Source: Paraspadella gotoi
Lineage: Eukaryota; Animalia; Chaetognatha
NCBI GenBank assembly: GCA_051294375.1
Contig: CM119270.1
Location: forward strand, 12,951,117-13,015,116
Direction of reading: 5' to 3'
DNA: 64,000 bases
Shown here piece by piece: positions 37,101-53,965 of the stretch (its first letter is position 1; the number at the start of each line of letters is the position of its first letter). The translations under genes were made by a program, and so were the position numbers. The notes beneath the pieces were generated by a model that was given only the letters and a program-made list of their open reading frames with translations, made no database searches and was not told the origin of the DNA.

Positions 37101-37935
37101 ATGGAAGGAAGACGCGTGTCCGAATCTAAAGGCATCGCCATAACAACGAGCAGGGAATCGTCCTTGGCGGCAGAATCCGATTTTGCCGAGCTTTCGTTGT
37201 CCCCTTCGACCACCTCGTTCTTGCTTCAGGTTGGTTTCTCTGGGATTCTAACGAGTCGAGGTTAGAAGTGGGCTGTTTTAAGTCAAATCGCAGAAGGGAG
37301 GGAATAGGAAAAATACAATAGGTTGACCATAAACCATCCCGTATTATCAGCTGCCTCATCTAGTTCCTACTCGTCGCAACCGGACCCCCTCAGCCTGTCA
37401 GCGCGCAAGCGACGCGACGGAAGTCAGAGGCCATGTCACGCTCTTTTTGCGTGAGCGTGGTCACGGATTTATCGCTCCTCTCGACTCACAAAATCCGGTA
37501 TTAAGTATGTGTATACACTTTATTTATTCACAATTGTAATTTTCTTTTTCGTCTCCGTTTATGAAATTGGTACAACCAATATAAAAATTATCCATTCATT
37601 TAATAAATAAGCTATCTTGAGAGTAATTTCTATTGAGTAAGGTTTGACCGTTTTCTTACTTTTAGGATGACAAATTATTTATGCACGTTTCAGATGTGGA
37701 AGGGGATATCGTGCCCATGGTAAACTATTATCATTCGAGCATTCCACGTGGCAAGTTATAGTATGCTCTTATCGAAATCTAACTTTCCCAGGTCGGGGAC
37801 GAGGTCCAATACCGACCGCTTCCGCTACCGCCTAAAAATGACAAGATGCAAGCGACTCACGTTCGAATCGTGAAGATGATTGACGACAAGCATTTCACTT
37901 GGGACGGGCAACCTGTTCCTTGTCAGATGGACTAA
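37101..37935 (+). CDS. CARHSP1: Cold-shock domain protein, CARHSP1/CSDC2 family (4 exons)
   Basis: VPTRRNRT, RGHGFIAP, LFMHVSDVEGDIVPMVGDEVQY, PPKNDKMQA. Confidence 0.85.
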
Positions 37936-38598
37936 AGAGTACTATGGCATCAAGCCGACATTCGTGTTTCGTGAGAGATTCTACGATTACTTTGCAATTC
38001 TGGGTTTTATCTTCCCACTTTCTTTAACTCTTTCAAAGAACCGGTTTCTTCGTTAAAAAGTATACGAGCTTGGCTTAGTTAACTACTGGAGGTTTCGGAT
38101 ATTTAATAAATAATCGACTACATTTTAGTAAAGTCTCTACAACATTTCCATATTCCCTATCGATATACTTGCGGCAGACTATATTTTTAAATAAATAAGA
38201 TGTTTAATTTTCTAATTCATGGGAAATATAATTTTTTATATCTCGATGATTAAAATTCGTTGTTTATCATTTGTGTTTTCTTGTTAATTCCAAAGTGCTT
38301 TGAATTCGTTTCTACGGCCTATCTACATTCCCTTCTCCCTCGTCCCCAATCTTAACCAAATGTGCCGGTATGAATCGAAAACAACCCGATGGTTCCCTCC
38401 TATCAGGAATCTTTGTGCGCTATTAATTTCACTGTGAATTTATAAGTTTTTTTTAAAAAGATCATTTGCTCTTATTTAAAAATATTTCGGTTGTAATTAC
38501 TTGGTTGATTTGTATTGTCTTTATCCGATCTTCTTCCTGAATAAGTTGAAATCATGTCTATGCGGTGAGATTTTTGACCGTGTATCAAGCGCGGCGTC

Positions 38599-39097
38599 AT
38601 GCCCGGTTACGAACTCATGGTACTGCTGAAGCAGGCAGCCCGATCAGAGTTGTCAGCGAATGTTCGTCGCGTGGCGGAGGGATTGATCAAAGAGGGCTCC
38701 GTCATACGGAGAATCGAGAATATGGGCGAGAGAAAACTCGCCTATAAAGTTCGATCGTGAGTTTCAATTTACATTACAATATGAATGCTTAAATCGTGAG
38801 AAAAACAATTTTCCCCGATTTCTGCAGAAAGTCGGATGAAAGTCACGATTATGCCAATTATGTCGTTTATCATATGAACGTTCACAAGGATAAGTTTCAC
38901 GATCTCAAGGGTAAGTAATCGTCAATACTTTATTGACGTTCTTATTTATTACCACTTCCCCCTTGCGATCAGATCTCCTTGACCGAGACCAAGACGTCCT
39001 CCGGTTCGGATTGAGGCAAATGCCCGACTTCGACGCCGAATCCAATTTCGATTGCGTGGATCCGATGTGGCACCAGACGTCTCCGTTTCAGAGATGA
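38599..39097 (+). CDS. MRPS6: Mitochondrial ribosomal protein bS6m (3 exons)
   Basis: [39 protein letters not shown]. Confidence 0.9.
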
Positions 39098-39207
39098 CGT
39101 CCTGTTGCCCCTGCGCTTGTTGTCATTTGATAAAAATAATCTGCCAAACTCAAGTCATTCGCGTTGTTTTTGTTTTTGTTTTAAGATTTAAAAATAAACT
39201 AGCGAAG

Positions 39208-39424
39208 ATGAGCCTTCGCGCATTCGTCTTGAGAACAAACTTAATCGGACTATCGTCGCAGAGACGCGGCGAGTCTCGACGATCCTTTCGATCCTCCGTA
39301 CAAACGTCCATGCCTCTTATCCCCATGGTCGTGGAGCAGACGGGCCGGGGGGAGCGGGCCTACGATATTTATTCTCGGTTGCTCAAGGAGCGAATCATCT
39401 GCGTCATGGGTGGAATCAATGACG
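39208..39424 (+). CDS. CLPP: CLPP exon 1 (first copy; orphaned by the duplication)
   Basis: Presequence plus [33 protein letters not shown]; donor gtgag at 39425. Confidence 0.85.
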
Positions 39425-40111
39425 GTGAGCATTTGTTGGGTGAATTAAAATAGATGCTAAAAGCGACTAAAATTTTAATTTATAAATGAGTTGTCGATTA
39501 AGGGGAAATGTGTTTGGAGTTAAATCTAAAAAATCTTTTTTTCCGATATTGGCCTTGTGTGAAATGAAATTTGACTAAGGAAACAAATATATAACAGTTT
39601 ATTAGTCTGAAGCAAAGTACTTCGGATTACAAACGCCGAAATTACAAATCCCGAATCCCAGAAATACTTTGGTGTCTCCAAAAGAAAATCGTATTTTCTC
39701 TTCTTTCTTCAGAATCCGTTCTTTTAGCCCATGTCACATAACATTGCGGAGGCGTCATCGGTCGTTCTTAAGATGTTTTCATGAATTTCGAACCCTTCGC
39801 AGCTAGAAGCCAGGGTGGGTGGCTTTTCTTGATTTCGATGCCTTTATGCTGTCTTCCATTGTTGTAGTGTCCCCTTTTTCGCGTTAGGCCGAGTCGCCGA
39901 TCATTCGAAAACGAAAGATAATTTGCGAAAAAAAGTACACCGATTGCGGGGAACTCTCTCCAGTGCGAAGTCGAGAACGAGACTTGGAAGGCTTTCAATT
40001 GTTTGTGTTACACTTACCTAAAATGCAGTACAGTGACGTTTTTCAATTTTGCTTTTTCTGTTTCTCTGTTTCAGAAAATTAAGTGTTTGGTCATTGGTTT
40101 TGGCTGCTGTT

Positions 40112-41743
40112 ATGACGTACTTTCGCTCTTTTTGCCTCCAAACTTTGCTTCCTCTCTCTTTAAGGGGACCAAGTGAACAGGGGGGGTAAAAAGCTGAAAA
40201 CATAACGTTTGACCCTTTAACTTAAGCTGGTTCTGATCATATAATTTTTTCTTCTATAATCATTTGGGAAAGTAGTTAAAAAATTCGATAAAATCAGCGA
40301 GCTTAATTTTCTTTAAAAAATCGGTAAGAAGAAAATATTTTTCAAGTTTAAAATTGTTTTTTTCCAAAAAGGGTAAGATCTAATTTTAAAAAGATTTTCA
40401 GCTTTTATCACAAAAATTTATAAGAAAAAAAACTAGGAATGAATCAAAATTTAAGGTATCGACTGATTTTATTTAAACTTTCTTTTCAAATGATTCTGTT
40501 AATTGGATGAAAATAAAACTCTTTGAAGTAATATAAATATAAAAAGAAGAGAAAAATTCTGTACTTTTGCTAAATTTTTAATTGTTATAATTAGGAATCA
40601 ATATAGTTTAATTATACATTTAAGGGATGAATATGAATATTAATTAATAATTATTACAGTTTTGTTTCTGTAAGAATAGAATTTAGGTTTGATTTGTCTG
40701 CTTTTAAGTAAATATAAAAATATAAAAATATTAGTCTTGTAAAGCCTTTGTTCAATGAGGCTTAAACCTAAAATTATAGCTTTGTACAGTAAAAAATAAA
40801 AAATTAGAATTTAGTAAAAAATACTTTCTAATGCAAAAATAAAATAATGGATTATATAAATATTTAGGTAGGGTCAACTAAATTTTTTTTTCATAATTAT
40901 TAAATTTTTGTTTCCGCTACAATAAGAGATAGGAATTTTTTTGCCACTTTCCCGTGCAAAGAAAAATTAATGACTATCACCATTCAAATTCCTTTGATGA
41001 CAGACCCTTAAGCTTATGATATCATTTTTATCACTGGGTCCCCTTAAGAGAAAGCGTCAGTGTCAGGTCGCGGAACTCTTGGGCGTTGCTCCATCCCGCG
41101 GCATCCCTTCAACGACTGCTTGTCCGGTCATGCGCTGCGGGGCCTCCGCCGCCACGACTGGTGACTCCCTCCGACGTAGAGGGAGAGGAGTGGACCAATT
41201 TGTTTGTCTTTCGTCACATCCGCTTTACGAGTATCTTGTCCCGTCTGAAGATCGTCCAGACGGGTTTAACGGTGACGTCTGTGCCATGCTTTTCGTATGA
41301 ATGTCTCGTGGCGCAGACCCAACCAGTTACGACGCTGTATTACGTCGCGGGCGTGGCCACTTTTGCCGCCATTATGCTTTTGGTCTTCACCCGTATCTCC
41401 CAGGTGCTGTTGAGACCGCCTTACTTAGTTGCATTAATATTATACCTCATCGAAATGATCTTTATAATCTATATTCTCGCTCTTTTTCATACAGAAAATC
41501 GTGATGATGTTATACGTTAACCAAAGTCAAGACTTGGTTCGCGTTTCGCATCTCACTTTTTGGGGTAAGCGTCGTGAGTCGTACTTCGCGTCGGGCGACT
41601 TTCGGCCTGTCAGCTCGTCCAATCAGAGTTGGGGAGAAACGTTTATCAAACTCGAACTGCCAGGGCATAAGCGGGCCTTTTTCATTTCGCCTAAATACTC
41701 TAAATCCGTCAAAATCCAAGCTCTTCTTTCTTTGCTTGATTAG
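40112..41743 (+). CDS. TMEM186: TMEM186 nested in CLPP intron 1; proposed exons 40112-40185, 41049-41403, 41495-41743
   Basis: FVFRHIRFTSILSRLKIVQTGLTV and LYVNQSQDLVRVSHLTFWGKR resemble TMEM186; ATG 40112 is in frame across the transposon. Confidence 0.8.
40164..41043. mobile_element. Non-autonomous TTAA-specific TIR transposon (Kolobok-like termini); copy at 49084-49963
   Basis: TTAA|GGGGACCAAGTGA ... TCACTGGGTCCCC|TTAA. Purine-starting termini with TTAA TSD fit Kolobok rather than piggyBac (CCY). AT-rich interior without ORF. Confidence 0.8.
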
Positions 41744-41803
41744 TCCTCATATTTGTCGACATGCTAAAGGAGCACTTTTTAATGTAGACGTAAAGTTTAT
41801 TAT

Positions 41804-42207
41804 TAAGGTGGCACTAAGAGGGGATGGGGGGGACGGCAGTTTGATCCTCTGGGTTGGAGTAAGTCGGCCTAGGATTCTCCGTCGGGCCTCGGCGTATTCG
41901 GCTTCTCGCTGCGCCAATGTCTTAGGCTTTGCCGCCGTAGACGACCCCGGAAGTGACTCGGCTTCGGAGCCGTTGGCAGTGAGGGTTGCGGAAACCTTCT
42001 TCATGGTTACATCATTGGATGGATTGCTGAGAGGTTCGCGTTTCAAAATACGGATCTGCGGTTTGTACTGAGTCCGGTGCGTGTCTTCCGTCACGATAAC
42101 CGATTCGCTCGACTAGAATTCCCTTTTGAATTCGACGTTGCTTTTTTCGTGGGAGCGTCGAAATCCTTGAAGTCTTCCCAACTGTCTAGAATCTCATTGG
42201 AAGCCAT
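41804..42207 (-). pseudogene. SZRD1: Truncated duplicate of SZRD1 5' part
   Basis: Matches 32871-33277 with 1-nt deletions. Confidence 0.7.
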
Positions 42208-43674
42208 GGTTGACAGTGACGAGCGATTAAACTGTGTAAATATAAACAAACAAACATATATAAACTACCTACATTAATGTAATTTAGTGTCATTTTAAAG
42301 TTAATCTTAAAGAAATAGCTGGAAAACGATTATTTGCGAAAAGAAATTGGGAAAACATAAATTAGCAGAATTCCAAAAAAAATTTAGGGCAATTCGCGAT
42401 AATCACAATAATTAACAAAAGGCGATTTCTCGATAAAAGTTTTGGCTGGTAAGAATTACTGATTGATGAAACTAATCGCCATTTCCCTCTTGATGCCGAC
42501 CTAGTGGCGAGGATGAAAAAACAGCGATGCTGCTGCTGTTAATCAATAATTAAGGAGTTATTCGCAATAATTTCAGTGTGGAATTGAATCAATAACTAGC
42601 TTATCAACAGCTGTATTATAAAACTATTTTGTTATTATTTTAAAAAATAATACATTCATCGCAGAGGCGATAAGAGACGCAATTCACCGGCTGCTGCTAC
42701 TTTGTTCGAAATCAGCGGCAGGAAACGCATTACTCATGCCATTAGTGAAAAAAAGTAAAGGCTGCAGCAGCAGCAGCATATATTTCCTAATTTGGGGAAA
42801 GAATTAATCAGTAATCAGCGGCAGCGAAATTTATTTGTAATTTCACTGCATTAATATAACTGTTATTAACAGTTATATTAATGCAGTGAAATTACAGTGT
42901 TAACAAACTCATCATCATCGGGTGCATCAGCAGATGCCGTAGCAGATGCAGCGGGGGAACGAAAGGCGTGGGTCGAATTGCAGATTTCTCATTGGTCGCC
43001 TCATGTAAATAGATGAACCAATTAGATCTGACTTTCTCTTAGAAAAAAAGGCTCTCTCACATTCTGGAATTTTGTCACTTACGGTCACTTAATATCACTT
43101 CGGGTAATTAGTACTTCGGTTGTCCAAAACTTGAAATTTGGAATGCTGGGTGATAATTTCTTGAATTTGTCTTTTTTCATGACCAAAAATTCTTCTATTC
43201 CACAACTTGTTCCAGTCGCCAACTCGCGGGGAGGCTGACCGAACGGAAGGCTGTAAGCTGAATCCTTCCAAATCTGCTGGGACAAACCTTTTTTTCTGCT
43301 TTAATAGAAAGAAGTTATTACATTATTACATTTTTTTTTTCAATTTTAGAATTTAACGAATGATCCAGATCGTACTTTCTCACCCTATTGTCCCGCTAAA
43401 AGTCATTAAAATTTCTGTCTCATCCGCGTCACGAAAGTTAGCTGCGGCGACGAAGTCGTCGTCTTCCTTCGCCGTCGACGGCTCCACACGGGGAATTTCG
43501 TGACGCGGCGACGGCGACCGCCACAACGAGACGCCGTCGACTCGACGCCACTGAGGCCCACAGACCAAGCAAGAAATTCAGTCAGTCATCTTCGGTCTTT
43601 CACATTATTGTTCTGTTATTTCGTTCTGTTAATTAGCTCTTATTTTGGTCACAGGTGTCTCGCTGACACCTGGG

Positions 43675-45373
43675 ATGACGACGATGTCGCCAGGGGGCGT
43701 GGGCGGGTCCTCGCCCGCAGAATTGAAGGAGATGGGGAACAAGTACTACGCTCAAAGGAAATACGACGAGGCACTGGAGTGTTACACGTGAGATTAACTT
43801 TACTTTAATTTATTTTGACAATTTTAATATGAGTTAGTCGACACATTCAGCGCCGCTATCTCAAAAAACCCGACCGTACCGACATATTTTACCAACCGGG
43901 CTCTCTGCTATCTCAAGAAATACCAGTGGACCTCGTCATTAAGGATTGTCGACGGGCTCTTGATCTGGACCCCAACCTCGTGAAAGCCCATTTCTTTATG
44001 GGTCAAGCACTACAGGTTAGCTTTCGAAAAAGGATCTCGGTGTTAAAAATGTGAAATATTTGTTCAGCCTAACGAGTCTTCATTGTAGGAGCTGGACTCC
44101 ATGGACGAGTGTGTTGCGTGCTTGCAAAGGGCGTCGGATTTGGCCAAAGACAACAAGCAGCACTTGGGGACGACATTGCTATGGCAACAAGAATAGCCAA
44201 GAGGAAGCGCTGGAACGCTGCCGGTAGCTATTGTTGTGCATCGAGAGCTGTTTTCGGCGGTCAACGCATTCACTTTTTTCTTGCTCAACTTTTTCACATT
44301 AAGTTGCTCTTCCAATTTCATTTCTTTCTTAGAGGAGAAGAGAATAACAGAGGAGATCGAACTACAGTCGTTTTTGAACCGCTCATCCAAGAAGAGACTG
44401 AGCGACAAATCCAAAAGCTTCGACTCGACCTCGCCGACGCGGCCCCGCAGTCGGAGATGCTCGCTGACGCGCTAAAAACGGCACGAACGGCGGCGCCCGT
44501 AACAGCGTCCATCGATCCGGTCGAGAACGTGGTTACTGACGCCGGAGACGGCGGCGACGCCGAAAACTTTAAAAGCCCCCTGGCGACGACGCCGCTTTGT
44601 GGCGACAAGTCGGACAAGGCGTCGGAGGCTGATGGAAAAAAGAAGGGAAAAAGGACGATTCGCCGCACACAGAGCCTGACGACGACGAAAAAGACGACGT
44701 AAACGAGGACATTGATCATGAAATCCGGGAGGGTAACGAAGGACGTGAATCGGACGGGGAAGACGCCGACGCTTCTACCAATTCGGAGGACACCACGAAG
44801 GAAGCGACGTCGACAACCGCTACGGTCGTCATGGCGACGGAGGCCTCCAAGTCGACGGACGTTCGTTCTCTGACGAAAAGGATATTCAAGAGAAGATCGA
44901 GGAAATCAAGGTCCGATTCATCGGGAGAAGAGATCCCAGGCCGAAATGGTTAACTTTTTTGTCACATCCGGTTCCCGTCTTTTAGGCATACCACGCGAAG
45001 ATGACGATGGATCTCAATTCGGTCTTCGCCCAAGTGGATGATCGACGAAAGAAGCGAGAAGTTCCCGACTTTTTGTGCGGAAAAATCAGTTTCGAGCTCT
45101 TGCGGGATCCCGTAATCACTCCCTCTGGCATCACCTACGACAGGTACAATCAATGCCTGACAAATGGTCTATATTTGAAAATCGTTTACGATAGCAATAC
45201 AATTTACCGCTTAAAAATTTAGAAAAGACATAGAAGAGCACATTCAGCGTGTGGGTCACTTCGATCCGGTCACACGGGTCACCCTGACCCAGGAACAACT
45301 AATTCCCAACTTCGGCCTCAAGGAAGTCGTCGATCACTTCGTCGCCGAGAACGCTTGGGCCGTTGACTTTTGA
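43675..45373 (+). CDS. STUB1: Duplicate STUB1 with several 1-nt frameshifts (likely sequence errors)
   Basis: Same as 34747-36450 except single-base deletions (e.g. cagtgga, cacttggg, aaccgctc). Confidence 0.7.
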
Positions 45374-46021
45374 TGAACCGAATTTTTCATAGCGCTCCAG
45401 CACTATCCTCCCTTGGATAAATAATCCCAGACGCTTGAAAAATTTTCACATATTCGACTTCCAAAATGTGAAATCATTTTCGTCGCGAATTACAATCTCG
45501 TGTCTCGAATCAAACCCGCCTTTTTCCTGAATCCCCCTTCGAAAAATTGTTGGGTCGTTTTTTTGTTTCCCCCCTCCCACTTGAGTATCAATGAAATTGC
45601 GTCAATTAAAACTTACAAGATTGATCGCTTCTGTATTGCACATATCTGTTTAATACACGTTATTCGGATCTATTTATATCCTAATTTTACTAGTAGCAAT
45701 ATAAGTTTTTAATTTGTATGGAGTCAATTTTAGCTAATATTTTATTTCTTCTGATCACATTTCCCCTAATCAAATATGCTAGAGGCGTGGAAATACGTTT
45801 CCATCGCCAAAATGCCTGACCGGGTAGGAACTTGTTCAAAAAGAGGCTTAATAGTCAATTATCTCGTTTATTTACAACTGTGAATTAAATTGTATTGATT
45901 GTTCGATCTGCAGATGCTCGAGATCTTCCCTTGAAAGGAGATAAGCTCATTCCGAGGACCAACCCGACTTGTAACTTTGACCGGTGACACTAAAAGTCGT
46001 GATCTCACAACGATTTTCGGA

Positions 46022-46856
46022 ATGGAAGGAAGACGCGTGTCCGAATCTAAAGGCATCGCCATAACAACGAGCAGGGAATCGTCCTTGGCGGCAGAATCCG
46101 ATTTTGCCGAGCTTTCGTTGTCCCCTTCGACCACCTCGTTCTTGCTTCAGGTTGGTTTCTCTGGGATTCTAACGAGTCGAGGTTAGAAGTGGGCTGTTTT
46201 AAGTCAAATCGCAGAAGGGAGGGAATAGGAAAAATACAATAGGTTGACCATAAACCATCCCGTATTATCAGCTGCCTCATCTAGTTCCTACTCGTCGCAA
46301 CCGGACCCCCTCAGCCTGTCAGCGCGCAAGCGACGCGACGGAAGTCAGAGGCCATGTCACGCTCTTTTTGCGTGAGCGTGGTCACGGATTTATCGCTCCT
46401 CTCGACTCACAAAATCCGGTATTAAGTATGTGTATACACTTTATTTATTCACAATTGTAATTTTCTTTTTCGTCTCCGTTTATGAAATTGGTACAACCAA
46501 TATAAAAATTATCCATTCATTTAATAAATAAGCTATCTTGAGAGTAATTTCTATTGAGTAAGGTTTGACCGTTTTCTTACTTTTAGGATGACAAATTATT
46601 TATGCACGTTTCAGATGTGGAAGGGGATATCGTGCCCATGGTAAACTATTATCATTCGAGCATTCCACGTGGCAAGTTATAGTATGCTCTTATCGAAATC
46701 TAACTTTCCCAGGTCGGGGACGAGGTCCAATACCGACCGCTTCCGCTACCGCCTAAAAATGACAAGATGCAAGCGACTCACGTTCGAATCGTGAAGATGA
46801 TTGACGACAAGCATTTCACTTGGGACGGGCAACCTGTTCCTTGTCAGATGGACTAA
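46022..46856 (+). CDS. CARHSP1: Duplicate CARHSP1/CSDC2-like
   Basis: Same sequence as 37101-37935. Confidence 0.75.
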
Positions 46857-47519
46857 AGAGTACTATGGCATCAAGCCGACATTCGTGTTTCGTGAGAGAT
46901 TCTACGATTACTTTGCAATTCTGGGTTTTATCTTCCCACTTTCTTTAACTCTTTCAAAGAACCGGTTTCTTCGTTAAAAAGTATACGAGCTTGGCTTAGT
47001 TAACTACTGGAGGTTTCGGATATTTAATAAATAATCGACTACATTTTAGTAAAGTCTCTACAACATTTCCATATTCCCTATCGATATACTTGCGGCAGAC
47101 TATATTTTTAAATAAATAAGATGTTTAATTTTCTAATTCATGGGAAATATAATTTTTTATATCTCGATGATTAAAATTCGTTGTTTATCATTTGTGTTTT
47201 CTTGTTAATTCCAAAGTGCTTTGAATTCGTTTCTACGGCCTATCTACATTCCCTTCTCCCTCGTCCCCAATCTTAACCAAATGTGCCGGTATGAATCGAA
47301 AACAACCCGATGGTTCCCTCCTATCAGGAATCTTTGTGCGCTATTAATTTCACTGTGAATTTATAAGTTTTTTTTAAAAAGATCATTTGCTCTTATTTAA
47401 AAATATTTCGGTTGTAATTACTTGGTTGATTTGTATTGTCTTTATCCGATCTTCTTCCTGAATAAGTTGAAATCATGTCTATGCGGTGAGATTTTTGACC
47501 GTGTATCAAGCGCGGCGTC

Positions 47520-48018
47520 ATGCCCGGTTACGAACTCATGGTACTGCTGAAGCAGGCAGCCCGATCAGAGTTGTCAGCGAATGTTCGTCGCGTGGCGGAG
47601 GGATTGATCAAAGAGGGCTCCGTCATACGGAGAATCGAGAATATGGGCGAGAGAAAACTCGCCTATAAAGTTCGATCGTGAGTTTCAATTTACATTACAA
47701 TATGAATGCTTAAATCGTGAGAAAAACAATTTTCCCCGATTTCTGCAGAAAGTCGGATGAAAGTCACGATTATGCCAATTATGTCGTTTATCATATGAAC
47801 GTTCACAAGGATAAGTTTCACGATCTCAAGGGTAAGTAATCGTCAATACTTTATTGACGTTCTTATTTATTACCACTTCCCCCTTGCGATCAGATCTCCT
47901 TGACCGAGACCAAGACGTCCTCCGGTTCGGATTGAGGCAAATGCCCGACTTCGACGCCGAATCCAATTTCGATTGCGTGGATCCGATGTGGCACCAGACG
48001 TCTCCGTTTCAGAGATGA
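47520..48018 (+). CDS. MRPS6: Duplicate MRPS6
   Basis: Same sequence as 38599-39097. Confidence 0.8.
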
Positions 48019-48128
48019 CGTCCTGTTGCCCCTGCGCTTGTTGTCATTTGATAAAAATAATCTGCCAAACTCAAGTCATTCGCGTTGTTTTTGTTTTTGT
48101 TTTAAGATTTAAAAATAAACTAGCGAAG

Positions 48129-53754
<5,626 letters not shown>

Positions 53755-53965
53755 CTGTGATATTAAGGATGCCTGTACGATCACCATGCCTCCTTACTGT
53801 TTTGCATTGGACACCGTGAATTACGTGGTTTTCGCACGGTTCCATGTTTTATTTCTTATTTTTTCATTTTAGTCAGTTAACACAAGACAACCTTTGTTTG
53901 GACTTCTGTGCCTATTGTGTTATATTCACTATTCGGGGGAAAACATTTTTAAAAAAACGTAAAAA

